64,000 nucleotides of DNA from an uncultured delta proteobacterium (GTDB taxonomy: Bacteria; Myxococcota_A; Polyangia; Polyangiales; Polyangiaceae), in assembly GCA_963841435.1 (NCBI GenBank), contig CAWJCS010000005.1, forward strand, positions 864,001 through 928,000. Reading direction: 5' to 3'. The notes below the pieces were generated by a model, which worked only from the letters and a program-made list of their open reading frames with translations, had not been told where the DNA came from and did no database searches. Of this stretch, positions 1-9,205 are shown one piece after another (the first letter of the stretch is position 1; the number at the start of each line of letters is the position of its first letter). The position numbers were made by a program, and so were the translations under genes.

Positions 1-1014
1 GATCTGATCGATCGCCTTGGTAAGTGACGCCGGCCCGTCCCAGAACTTGCACTCGCCGATGAAGATGTTCCGGCCGTTCACTCGGAGCAGGATGTCGGTC
101 TTGCCCTCGAAGTTGAACGTCTCTCCAGTGGCCCCACCTTTGTAATGGCCGTTCAATTGCATCAGAAAGTGTTGTCGTAGATGTTCCTCCGACATGGTGC
201 TGAACGCGGACGGGCTGCATTCCATGACCGTGACCATGTTCTCGAGAACCGAAAGAATGTGGTCGTAGTGCGACGCGGCGAGGGCCGGCTCCGGAGCGAA
301 CGGGGCGCTTGTGGCCGCGGGCGGGGTCGGAACGACTTGGCGGCGGATTTCAGGAACCGCATAGGTACGCGGCGCGTTCTCGCGTTCGACTAGCGGAAAG
401 CCAAGATTCGCAATCAAGCTCCGCGATTCCAGAAGACGCGTACGGCGCGAGTTGATCGCGTTGAGACCATGTTGCCTCAACGTCTGGTTGAAGCCTGCGA
501 TGTCAGAAGCGATCCACCCGACGTATTGCTGAACACGACGCAGGTCGTGTTCGAACGCTGCCTTGATGGGCTCGGAGCCCGCGCCCTCGGTCGCCTCGTA
601 GATGAGGTGAAGTTCGGAGCCTACGACGGATCCGCCCGGCGGGTTGGAGTCGCGCGTCGATGCCTGCATCTTGAAAAGACCACCGTCGCCCGCGAATGGC
701 ACGCGAAACGTTACTCGGGTCGAGGGCATGGGGTGCGGGCCCCCTTCTCGGTGCCAGAAGACGCGGTCGCGATCGTGGCTCACGTCAACGCGCGACTCTG
801 CTTGATCGACGGCGGTCTTGTCTCGGTGAAGCTCCAACGGTTGAACACGGAACCTCTCAAAGAAGTACGTCGCGAGGTCTTCGGCGCTTGTGTTGAGCAG
901 CTTGTTTCCGTCGTAACGGTCGATCTCGGTGTCGAGCTCGTGCCGCCTGCTCTCGAGGTAGGCGCGAAGGTCGCCCTTCACAAACAGGGTTTGGTTCTGC
1001 GGAAACAGATTCAT
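1..1014 (-). CDS. Conserved hypothetical protein with C-terminal PD-(D/E)xK nuclease-like motif (runs off window start)
   Basis: Manual translation from ATG at 1014 (MNLFPQNQTLFVKGDL...) is open to position 1 and ends ...GETFNFEGKTDILLRVNGRNIFIGECKFWDG...; absent from the ORF track because no stop lies in the window. Confidence 0.7.
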   Translation of the reverse strand, partial: MNLFPQNQTLFVKGDLRAYLESRRHELDTEIDRYDGNKLLNTSAEDLATYFFERFRVQPLELHRDKTAVDQAESRVDVSHDRDRVFWHREGGPHPMPSTRVTFRVPFAGDGGLFKMQASTRDSNPPGGSVVGSELHLIYEATEGAGSEPIKAAFEHDLRRVQQYVGWIASDIAGFNQTLRQHGLNAINSRRTRLLESRSLIANLGFPLVERENAPRTYAVPEIRRQVVPTPPAATSAPFAPEPALAASHYDHILSVLENMVTVMECSPSAFSTMSEEHLRQHFLMQLNGHYKGGATGETFNFEGKTDILLRVNGRNIFIGECKFWDGPASLTKAIDQI

Positions 1015-1150
1015 GCGCGCTCCTTGCGGAAGTTTCGTTGTCGCTTTCGGCCTCGTGCCCCCTCTACCTCACATTCGTTCAGGTGCCAGTGGGCGGTCGT
1101 CAGGGGGAATAGAAGGGGAAAAACACCCCACACCCGGCCGAGGTCATGAA

Positions 1151-1304
1151 GTGGCTCCATGACCCTGGCGATCGGGTGGCTCCATGAGGCTGGCGATCCG
1201 CCTCACGCCCACCCGCGGGGTGGCTCCATGACCCTGGCGATCGGGTGGCTCCATGACGGTGGCGATACCGTCGGAACCTGGCTCCATGATGCTGGCGATT
1301 GGCA
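1151..1304 (+). repeat. Five copies of a ~22-bp motif (TGGCTCCATGAnnnTGGCGAT) ending ...TGGCA; IS21-like terminal repeat array
   Basis: GGCTCCATGA at 1153, 1178, 1222, 1247 and 1280; array ends in CA at 1304; no transposase attached. Confidence 0.5.
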
Positions 1305-1317
1305 CGGCCACCCCCTG

Positions 1318-1466
1318 CGAAAACTCTGTCGGGTTGGCCGGCGTGAACCACGCGCGAGCCTTGAAGCAGAGCGAGCAGTTGCAGCGGACGCTGCCGGCGG
1401 CGAGGTCGAGCTCCGCTTCGAAGCGCACGGCGCCACAGTGGCAGCTTCCCGAGTAGGTCTTGACGA
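1318..1466 (-). pseudogene. GFA/Mss4-like Zn-binding protein, N-terminal fragment
   Basis: KTYSGSCHCGAVRFEAELDL...RCNCSLCFKARAW; no start codon; cut at ~1317. Confidence 0.8.
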
Positions 1467-1488
1467 GAAGACCGCGGTAGTGCGCTAC

Positions 1489-1586
1489 CAGGTTCGCGAC
1501 GTCGATCGCTCGAAGATCGCGTAACGCACCGTTACGTCACCTGAGGCGCCGCGCTGACGAAGCGATCGACGCTTTGCTTGCCCTAT
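1489..1586 (+). mobile_element. Divergent member of the mini hairpin element family
   Basis: Starts CAGG; shares GATCGCnCGAAGATCGCGnAAC...TTACGTCA with 37021-37125; ends GCTTTGCTTGCCCTAT|CCCC. Confidence 0.5.
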
Positions 1587-1770
1587 CCCCCATGGAACGC
1601 CATCTCGAGCTCGCGCCCAAGCCCTGGCTCGGCACCCGCGCCAACCTTCGCGCCGACGAGCTCGACGCGCCGTTGCGCTCGTTCACGATCCCCGCGGCGT
1701 GACCCCGGTGCTCCGTCGAACTGCCCAACGCCCGCTGCGGCCTTCAAGATGGGTGTGGTGCAGCGGATAC
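1587..1770 (+). mobile_element. IS66 right-end remnant (tnpC C-terminus plus IR)
   Basis: ERHLELAPKPWLGTRANLRADELDAPLRSFTIPAA*; end TTCAAGATGGGTGTGGTGCAGCGGATAC matches the IS66 end at 34180. Confidence 0.75.
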
Positions 1771-1874
1771 AGAGCATGATCCAGCGAGCCAAGGGCAGCG
1801 GGGCCAAGGGTTGGATCGTCAAGCCGTTCAAGCCCGACCTGCTCGTCGCAGCGGTACGTCGGCTGACGGCGTGA
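1771..1874 (+). pseudogene. CheY-like response regulator, C-terminal fragment
   Basis: AKGSGAKGWIVKPFKPDLLVAAVRRL*. Confidence 0.7.
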
Positions 1875-1930
1875 CCCGATCGCGGCCGCGGTCGGCTACG
1901 GTTCGGAATAGGGCCTGGCTCCGGACTTAC

Positions 1931-2923
1931 TCATAGCCGAGCCACCTGTCCCACTCGCTGCTTGCGATACCGCGCCGGTGGCAGCTCGAAGGTGCGCTTG
2001 AACGCCCGCGAGAACGCCGCCTCGGACTCGTAGCCGACCCGGAGTGCTATCGCGAGCACGGTATCGTCCGTCGTCTCGAGGAGCCGGGCGCCCAGGTGCA
2101 ACCGCCAGCGGGAGACGTACGCGAGGGGCGCTTCGTCGAGGAGGTTGGCGAATCGCTCTGCGAAGACAGTGCGTGAAACGCCGGCTTCCTTCGCCAGGAG
2201 CTCGACCGTCCAGTTCCGCGCGATGTCGCGATGAATTGCCCCGAGCGCGCGCCCCACCGCCCGATCGCGCGCCGCAGCTAACCAACCTCGCCGCTCCGCT
2301 GGTGCTTCGGCCATGTACCGAGAGAGCGTCTCGATGAACAGGGCTTCGGCGAGCTTGGCGAGCAGAGCCACTCGTCCAGCACGCTGTGCGTGGCGCTCGG
2401 CAGCGAGGTGGCGGATGGAGCTCTGGATCCATTCGCCAGATGCGTCTTTGCAGATGTTCAGCTTGAAGACAGGGGGCAAGCCCGAGAGAAACAGTTGCCC
2501 CACGTGACGCTCGCAGCCGATGTAGCCACAGATGAACTTCGTGATCGGTCCGTCGCCCCCAGCTCGTTCCGACGCGATCACGCCGCCGAGGATCCTGGGC
2601 AACAGCGACGAACCGTCGGTGAGCTGCTTGACCGACCCGTTCCAGAGCTCGTGAGCGTCGCCGCGGGGTACGACCACGATGTCGCCGGCTTCCAGCGCCA
2701 CCGGCTCGTAGCCCGGAACTCGCACGGTGGCCTCACCCTCGATCAGCAGGTGAAACAACACCAAATGCTCGGCCTCGGGCGCAATCAACGGCGCTGTAGC
2801 CGCGGCGGCCGGTGACGAGAACCCCCACGGCGCGGCCAGCTCCGCGTCGAGGAAAATGGCTCCAGTCAGGCGTACGCCGCGAAGAGCCTGCGAGAGAGTG
2901 TCGATTTCGTGCATGCGCTGCAA
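1931..2923 (-). CDS. AraC family regulator with N-terminal cupin domain
   Basis: WTVELLAKEAGVSRTVFAERF...VGYESEAAFSRAFKR double HTH. Confidence 0.9.
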   Translation of the reverse strand: MQRMHEIDTLSQALRGVRLTGAIFLDAELAAPWGFSSPAAAATAPLIAPEAEHLVLFHLLIEGEATVRVPGYEPVALEAGDIVVVPRGDAHELWNGSVKQLTDGSSLLPRILGGVIASERAGGDGPITKFICGYIGCERHVGQLFLSGLPPVFKLNICKDASGEWIQSSIRHLAAERHAQRAGRVALLAKLAEALFIETLSRYMAEAPAERRGWLAAARDRAVGRALGAIHRDIARNWTVELLAKEAGVSRTVFAERFANLLDEAPLAYVSRWRLHLGARLLETTDDTVLAIALRVGYESEAAFSRAFKRTFELPPARYRKQRVGQVARL

Positions 2924-3003
2924 AGAAATCCGGACGCCGAGTTAGGTCGATCGATCACGCCCGTCGCATCCTGAGTAGGCACCAGTCACCAGGAGAATGA
3001 AAC

Positions 3004-3762
3004 ATGAGCGACGGAAATCGTTTCACATTCGTGGACCCGACACCAGTAGGCGCGACCAGAGAGGTAGTGGCGCGTTTCATCGCGGCATTCCAGCAGAAGA
3101 ACCCCGCGGCGATCCCCGAGCTCGTGGCTCCGGATTGCGTCATGGAAGCCATGCAGCCGGCGCCCGATGGCCAGCGGGTCGAAGGCTACGAGGCCAATGT
3201 CGCATTCTGGCAGGCAATGGTGGCGGATCCCAACGGCTCTTTCGAGGTCGAGGAGACCGTGATTTGCGGCGATCGAGCCATCAACCGCTGGCGCTATCAC
3301 TTCGCGAACGGCGAGGCCGTGCGTGGAGTCACGCTGATCACGGTTCGCGCGGGCAAGATCGCCGAAGCTCTGGGCTACGCGAAGACCTCTCCGGTCAGCG
3401 ACCTGGGTCAGCAAACCACCACCGAGGTGATTTCGCGCTACAATGACGTCTTCCAGACGCACGATCCCCGAGCGCTATCCGACCTCGTCGCGACGGATTG
3501 CGTGATCGAAAATACGAATCCAGCGCCAGACGGCTCGAGGCACGTGGGACGCGAAGCATGCGTGCAGCACTGGAGCCGCATCGCGACCGACGCAAGCTTG
3601 GCGTTCGACATCGAAGACGTTTCCATCGACGGCGAGAGGGCGATCGTGCGCTGGCGACTGCGCTGGGGCGAAGGCGAGACGAGCTCGGTTCGAGGAGTGA
3701 ACCTGATGCGCGTCCGCGACGGCTTGATCGTCGAGGCGTTGGGCTACGTGAAGGGCGCCTAG
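3004..3762 (+). CDS. Tandem SnoaL/NTF2-like protein
   Basis: Two homologous halves (LVAPDCVME..PAPDG...RGV...KIAEALGYAK); AGGAG upstream; divergent from araC. Confidence 0.85.
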   Translation: MSDGNRFTFVDPTPVGATREVVARFIAAFQQKNPAAIPELVAPDCVMEAMQPAPDGQRVEGYEANVAFWQAMVADPNGSFEVEETVICGDRAINRWRYHFANGEAVRGVTLITVRAGKIAEALGYAKTSPVSDLGQQTTTEVISRYNDVFQTHDPRALSDLVATDCVIENTNPAPDGSRHVGREACVQHWSRIATDASLAFDIEDVSIDGERAIVRWRLRWGEGETSSVRGVNLMRVRDGLIVEALGYVKGA

Positions 3763-3818
3763 CGCCGAGAGTGATCTGTGGAATTCGTGGCCAATCGATT
3801 TTCAGCGAGGAGAGTCTC

Positions 3819-4118
3819 ATGAGTGAACCTAAAGTCATCATCGCGGGCTGGATCAGGGTGGATCCAAAGAAACGAAACGAGGCGGTCGCCAGCTTCGAGG
3901 ATCTCATGCGGCGGGCTCGCAAGGCGCCCGGCTGCTTGGATTTGGCCATTACTGCGGATCCGCTCGACCCGGGTCGGGTCAACCTCTTCGAGTTTTGGCG
4001 ATCCGAAAAGGATTGGAGCTCATGGCGCCGTGTGGCCGGACCACACAGGAAGGTCGCCCGGCCGCTCCAAATGAAAGTGCAAAAACACATCATTCAAAAG
4101 TCAGGTCGGCCGTTCTGA
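3819..4118 (+). CDS. Antibiotic biosynthesis monooxygenase (ABM)-like protein
   Basis: VIIAGWIRVDP...APGCLDLAITADPLDPGRVNLFEFW; GAGGAG RBS. Confidence 0.75.
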   Translation: MSEPKVIIAGWIRVDPKKRNEAVASFEDLMRRARKAPGCLDLAITADPLDPGRVNLFEFWRSEKDWSSWRRVAGPHRKVARPLQMKVQKHIIQKSGRPF

Positions 4119-4346
4119 TCCAATACGATGCGCTATGGCTGACCGATGAGGTGGTGGCCGCCTCTAGCGGCGCTTCACTTGGACTTCGGCTGGCAGCTCT
4201 TGATGTTCGTGCTGCTCACGCCGTTGCAGGCCTCGGAGGCGGCACACTAGGGCAAGGACTCGCGGTGGCATCGCTTGCCGACTAGCTGAACCCTCGCCGC
4301 CTCCATCCACTACCCCCTTCACTACCAACAACACGCTTGCTTTTCC

Positions 4347-4471
4347 TGGTCGCCGACGGCCAAACCCTCACGGACCAAACCGTCACCCTCCGCGACCGCG
4401 ACACCGCCGCCCAAGAGCGCATCGCCCTCGACCGCGTCAAGGAGCTCGTGAGCGACCGCGTTCTCGGCTAA
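4347..4471 (+). pseudogene. 3' fragment of alpha2-type glycyl-tRNA synthetase, copy 1
   Basis: DGQTLTDQTVTLRDRDTAAQERIALDRV...* typical of the GlyRS anticodon-binding tail. Confidence 0.75.
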
Positions 4472-4569
4472 CTCACCTCCCCCCCGGCTTTTTTGGGGCC
4501 GCCTGCGCGCACCGCGCGTCATAGGCTGAAAAGCATTGCCGGGGCAGCCAGCGCGGCCTGCTTCGCTGC

Positions 4570-4929
4570 TCAGGGTTGCGGGTCGCCCGCGAGCCCGAGG
4601 AACAGCTCGAGCCCCTGGTCGAGCGCTGCGAGCTCTTCCTTCGTGATGCGTCCAAAAACGCGCCGGATGCGGCGCTTGTCGATCGAGCGCAGGTGGTCGA
4701 TGAGCGCGTACGAGGTCTTCGTCAGGCCGCTCCTGCCAGGCGAGAGCTCCGGGTAGAGTGCTCCTACGCCCGGTGTTCCCGTGATCGGTGCGACCGCGAT
4801 CAGCGGAAAGCGTTGGTCGGCGTTGACGGCAGGATCGCTGATCGCCACACACGGACGAGTACCTCGCTGCTCGTGGCCGACGGTCGGATCGAGCTCGACG
4901 AGGACGACGGTACCGCGGTGGACGATCAC
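4570..4929 (-). CDS. mazF: PemK/MazF family toxin
   Basis: RG..VLVELDPTVGHEQRGTRPCVAIS...DHLRSIDKRRI. Confidence 0.9.
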   Translation of the reverse strand: MIVHRGTVVLVELDPTVGHEQRGTRPCVAISDPAVNADQRFPLIAVAPITGTPGVGALYPELSPGRSGLTKTSYALIDHLRSIDKRRIRRVFGRITKEELAALDQGLELFLGLAGDPQP

Positions 4930-5231
4930 GCAGACTCCTCCACCCAGCCCTGCCCATCCACCCAGCGCACAGGCTTGCCCGCGGTCTCATCGACGAGGCC
5001 TTCGTCACCCTCGGGCAGGCTTGCTCCCCAATCGGCGAGGCCGGTATCGGCGAGTTCGCCCGCCTCCGCATGAGGGGTTGCGAGCGAGCGCAGCAACCCG
5101 TCTCGTCGCCGGCGCTCGAGCTCATGCTCGACGGCTTCCGCGATGAAGCGGCTGCGGTTGCGCTCGAAGCGGTCGATGCTCTCGACGAGATCGATCGGCA
5201 GGGTGACGGTGACGCGCTCGGTCGTGGCCAT
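4926..5231 (-). CDS. Ribbon-helix-helix antitoxin
   Basis: ERVTVTLPIDLVESIDRFERNRSRFIAEAV; 4-nt overlap with the toxin gene. Confidence 0.75.
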   Translation of the reverse strand: MATTERVTVTLPIDLVESIDRFERNRSRFIAEAVEHELERRRRDGLLRSLATPHAEAGELADTGLADWGASLPEGDEGLVDETAGKPVRWVDGQGWVEESA

Positions 5232-5283
5232 GGGGGAAACCGATATGATCAATAGTATGATCTTACCCAGATCAGCGCAACTT

Positions 5284-5479
5284 TGGCTCGCCGTCGGCGA
5301 GGGCTACGCCGAAGACGCCTCGCGCGCGAGCCCCGTCTTCCTGAATTTCGACCCGCAGGTCGCCCCCTTCAAGCTCGGCATCTTCCCGCTCGTGAACAAG
5401 GACGGCCGACACCGCCGCACAGGAGCGCATCGCCCTCGACCGCGTCAAAGAGCTCGTGAGCGGCCGCGTCCTCGGCTGA
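5284..5479 (+). pseudogene. 3' fragment of glycyl-tRNA synthetase with internal deletion, copy 2
   Basis: ...FLNFDPQVAPFKLGIFPLVNKDG then a jump to DTAAQERIALDRVKELVSGRVLG*; 5407-5479 is near-identical to 4399-4471. Confidence 0.75.
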
Positions 5480-6137
5480 TTCGCGCCCTCGGCCGACGGC
5501 TCACGGCGACAGGCAGCCGGGGGCCGCGCGTGGTGGCTCGAGGAATCCCGGCGCGCGGACGTAGCGCTCGCGCTGGAGCGGGAGATCGTGACCGACGCCC
5601 GTTCCCGAAAGGCACAGCATGATGACGTTCCTCACGCGTGAGCTCGCGCGTGACGTGAATGGAGAAACGGCGCGAGCAGTCGATCGCGCGTACTGCGCGG
5701 CCGGCGTTCTCGTCGGGGGGCGCACACAGAGTACATGGGCGCGACCCGGCTCGCTTTGCTCGGAACCCGTCCTGCCGGCCGTGGGTGGTGCCAACGGCCA
5801 GCAAAATTGCTGGTCCCATGCGCTTGCGAAAATCAGCTCGCGTCTCCCCCGCGGGTGGTCCCATCTGCTTGCAAATGAGGTGGTCCGTCATGCGACCGAT
5901 CTGCCATTTGTTGCTGAAGCTCCTGCCGTAGCTTGCCTGACGCGCCACTGATCGAGCTGCCACGTGCACCACGCCCCCGTTCCGACGGTGCAGGGCGGCC
6001 AGGGTGTTGCGCCATGGCCGCCAGCTGGCTGTCGTACTGGCTACCTCGCACGATCGCTCGGCGAAGACGTGGCGATGGTACCTCATGCCGCCCTCAGGTA
6101 GCCGTGATGAAGGCCGCTGATCTTCCCCCGGTTCCGT

Positions 6138-7622
6138 CTGACCATTGATCGGATCTCTCGGCGCACGGGAATTTGTGGGATCGGGACGGCGTTTCGGGGG
6201 CATGAAGCAGAGCGCGGAGGCGCACGATTGGGCGGAAGAAATGTTTGGGCATGCGGAGCTTGGTGACTCGCGGCGGACTCGGCGCCTGGTGCAGATCGCC
6301 GGCGAGGCGGCTGAGCGGCCCGGAGGGCGAGTGCTCGAAGTTTGCCGGAGCAGCGCAGCGCGACAGGGGGCTTACGACTTTTTGAGCAACCGCAGCGTTT
6401 CGCCGAGGGCCGTTCAAGCAGCGTTGACGAAGGCCGTCACCGTGAGCTGCCAGAATGAAGAGTTCTGTTTCGTGGTCGTTGACGGCACCGCACTCACGCT
6501 AACGGACTGGCAACGTAAAAAAGACTTCGGGGCGGTCGGCTCCACGTACCTCGGCGCGCGTGGACTGAAGGTGATCAACGCCTACGCGATTTCCCCGAGC
6601 GGGACGCCGATCGGCGTCCTCGGTCAGCAGTGGTGGAAGCGTGAATCGCACAAGAAACGCCGAGATTGCCAGCATCGTCTGGTCGAGGACAAGGAGACGA
6701 AGCACTGGCTGCAGGCCATCAAGGACGCGGATCTGCTGCTTTCTGCGGTGGGCTCGCGAGCATGGTTCCAAGTCGATCGCGAAGGTGATCGATACGCCAC
6801 GCTCGAAGCTCTGCACGCGTCCGGTCAGTGGTTTACCGTCCGCTCGACCTACGGGCACCGCTACCTGGTTGGGTGCAAGCGGACTGTTCGTCTGCGTCAC
6901 GCGGTCGCCCGAGCACGGATCCGTGGCTCTTACGAGCTCGTCGTCCCCCACAAGTTCAACAGGCCGGGGCGGACGGCCCAAATGGCGATCCGCACCACAA
7001 CGGTAACGCTGGACATGTCGGAGCCTGCGACCGGCAACCGACTCCAACTCCCGGTAAACGTCGTCAACGTCCGAGAGGTGGGAAGGATCCCCCGCGGCGC
7101 GTCACCAATCCATTGGCGCCTACTAACAAACCGCCCCGTCCAGACGGACGAGGACGTGGCTGCGGTCCTGAATGGCTACACGCAACGCTGGAAGATCGAG
7201 GAGCTGCATCGCACCTGGAAATCCGGGGCGTGCCGCGTTGAGGAAAGCCAACTGCGCACGGCTGATGCCGTGATGAAATGGGCCATCATTATGGCCGCAT
7301 CGGCTTCTCGAATCGAACGGCTCAAGGTCCTTGCTCGAACCGAACCCGCGACAGCCGCCAGCCGTGAATTCACGGTCTGGGAGATCGCTGCCGTCGGACT
7401 CTTGCGAAGGAAATACAAGAAACGCAGCCAGCCTGATCCCCGACCCGATCCCTGCATTGGCGACATCGTGGTCTGGCTCGCCGAACTCGGCGGCTATACC
7501 GGCACTTCATCCGGCGCACCACCAGGGTCGATCACCATCCGCCGTGGACTCGATCTGGTCGCGCCTGTCGCCGCCGCGCTCGAGCAACTTGAAGACGACC
7601 GCGCGATGCGATGAATGCTCAG
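6138..7622 (+). mobile_element. IS4 family (IS50-like) element with 10-bp target duplication CCGGTTCCGT
   Basis: IRs CTGACCATTGATCG / CTGAGCATTCATCG; direct repeats at 6128-6137 and 7623-7632. Confidence 0.9.
6202..7614 (+). CDS. IS4 family transposase
   Basis: WAEEMFGHAELGDSRRTRRL, DREGD, YTQRWKIEELHRTWKSG (YREK motif). Confidence 0.92.
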   Translation: MKQSAEAHDWAEEMFGHAELGDSRRTRRLVQIAGEAAERPGGRVLEVCRSSAARQGAYDFLSNRSVSPRAVQAALTKAVTVSCQNEEFCFVVVDGTALTLTDWQRKKDFGAVGSTYLGARGLKVINAYAISPSGTPIGVLGQQWWKRESHKKRRDCQHRLVEDKETKHWLQAIKDADLLLSAVGSRAWFQVDREGDRYATLEALHASGQWFTVRSTYGHRYLVGCKRTVRLRHAVARARIRGSYELVVPHKFNRPGRTAQMAIRTTTVTLDMSEPATGNRLQLPVNVVNVREVGRIPRGASPIHWRLLTNRPVQTDEDVAAVLNGYTQRWKIEELHRTWKSGACRVEESQLRTADAVMKWAIIMAASASRIERLKVLARTEPATAASREFTVWEIAAVGLLRRKYKKRSQPDPRPDPCIGDIVVWLAELGGYTGTSSGAPPGSITIRRGLDLVAPVAAALEQLEDDRAMR

Positions 7623-7672
7623 CCGGTTCCGTGGACACCCCAATTGGCGCGAGAATGCGCCGGGAGTGGACC

Positions 7673-7953
7673 ATGGAGAAGAAGAAGCAACGAAGGAAGC
7701 GGCGCTCGTTCACGGCCGAGTTCAGGGCCGAAGCGGTTCGTCTGTGCAAGGTCGGCGACCGCAGCGTCACGCAGGTGGCCAAGGACCTCGACCTCACCGA
7801 GAACTCGCTGCGTGAGTGGGTCAAGCGCGCCGACATCGACGCCGGCAGTGGACCGCCAGGCGCGCTCACCACAGCCGAGCGCGAGGAACTCACTCGGCTG
7901 CGCCGCGAGAACAAGCGGCTCACGATGGAGCGCGAGATCTTAAAAAAAGCGGC
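7673..7953 (+). pseudogene. IS3 orfA, interrupted; last codons at 9180-9209
   Basis: RRSFTAEFRAEAVRL...EREILKKAA|AFFAKENT*. Confidence 0.88.
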
Positions 7954-9179
7954 GGCAAATTCCATTGGTCGGCGCAACAGGTTGATGTTGTACCGCTCAG
8001 TGGAAGGCGAGCTGAATGCAGAAGGTCATGCGAGGTCTGTCGGTTGAGCAAAGGGCGGAGCTTTGGCGACGGTGGAAGGATGGTCAGTCTCTCAGTGACA
8101 TCGGGCGCGCGCTCGGGAAGCCGCCCGGCTCGGTTCATTGCTACCTCTCAGCTTCTGGTGGTATCGCGCCGCCGGTACGGACTCGGAGCGCTCGGGTGCT
8201 CACCGGCCGCGAGCGCGAGGAGATTTCAAGGCAACTCTGCGCGGGCAGCTCCGTTCGCCGGATAGCGAGTGAGCTGAAGCGGGCGCCCTCAACAATTGCC
8301 CGAGAAATCCGCCGCAATGGCGGACGCGAGGCATATCGTGCGGGGAGGGCAGATTCTCGAGCATGGGCCGAAGCAAAACGTCCGAAACTCTGCAAGCTGC
8401 AACGGCATCGGCGTCTGCAGCGTGAAGTTGCGCGAAAGCTGAAGCTCGACTGGTCGCCCGAGCAGATTGCCGGTTGGCTGCGGCGTACCTTTCCAAGGGA
8501 CAGCGGGATGCGCATTTCCCACGAGACCATCTACCGGAGTCTTTTTGTGCAGGCTCGTGGCGTCCTGAAGCGCGAGCTCATGCGGCACCTTCGGTCCAGG
8601 CGGCTGATGCGAAAAGCCAGGACCGCGACCACCGCCAACCAGTCACGCGGCCGCATCGTTGACGCCGTCTCGATCCACGAACGGCCGCCAGAAGTCGCTG
8701 ACCGGGCGATTCCGGGGCATTGGGAAGGCGACCTTCTGAGCGGCTCGAACAACAGTCACATCGCCACGCTGGTTGAGCGAAAGACTCGATTTACCAAACT
8801 CGTGAAGCTGGCCGGCAAGGACGCCGCCAATGTCGCAGCTGCGCTCTCCAGGCAGGTGCGCACGCTGCCCAAGGAGCTATGCCGCACGCTCACCTGGGAC
8901 CGCGGTCCAGAGATGGCCCACCACCGGAAATTCAGCATCGCGACAGACGTGGCCGTGTACTTCTGCGACCCACGAAGTCCCTGGCAGCGCGGCACGAACG
9001 AAAACACCAATCGGCTGCTCAGACAGTACCTCCCCGATGGCACCAACCTGGCGCTCTACTCGCAGAGAGACCTCGACGAGATCGCAAGATTGCTCAACGC
9101 GCGCCCTCGGAAGACCCTGCGCTTCCTCTCGCCAGCGGAAAGTTTTCTGAGCATGTTGCCTTGACCGATTGATCTCGCC
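7954..9179 (+). mobile_element. IS30 family element with 2-bp target duplication GC
   Basis: 25-bp imperfect IRs GGCAAATTCCATTGGTCGGCGCAAC / GGCGAGATCAATCGGTCAAGGCAAC; removal restores AAAAAAAGCGGCGGCCTTC. Confidence 0.9.
8016..9164 (+). CDS. IS30 family transposase
   Basis: WSPEQIAG, GHWEGDL, TLTWDRG.EM, PWQRGTNENTNRLLRQY. Confidence 0.95.
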   Translation: MQKVMRGLSVEQRAELWRRWKDGQSLSDIGRALGKPPGSVHCYLSASGGIAPPVRTRSARVLTGREREEISRQLCAGSSVRRIASELKRAPSTIAREIRRNGGREAYRAGRADSRAWAEAKRPKLCKLQRHRRLQREVARKLKLDWSPEQIAGWLRRTFPRDSGMRISHETIYRSLFVQARGVLKRELMRHLRSRRLMRKARTATTANQSRGRIVDAVSIHERPPEVADRAIPGHWEGDLLSGSNNSHIATLVERKTRFTKLVKLAGKDAANVAAALSRQVRTLPKELCRTLTWDRGPEMAHHRKFSIATDVAVYFCDPRSPWQRGTNENTNRLLRQYLPDGTNLALYSQRDLDEIARLLNARPRKTLRFLSPAESFLSMLP

Positions 9180-9205
9180 GCGGCCTTCTTCGCGAAGGAG
9201 AACAC

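Noticed and set aside
1151-1304. Possible CRISPR array
   Set aside because: Unit spacing is irregular (25/44/25/33), there are no unique spacers of constant length, and no cas genes are present.
5480-6117. ORFs 5445-6203 and 5619-5951
   Set aside because: No recognisable motifs and one crosses an IS boundary; left unannotated.
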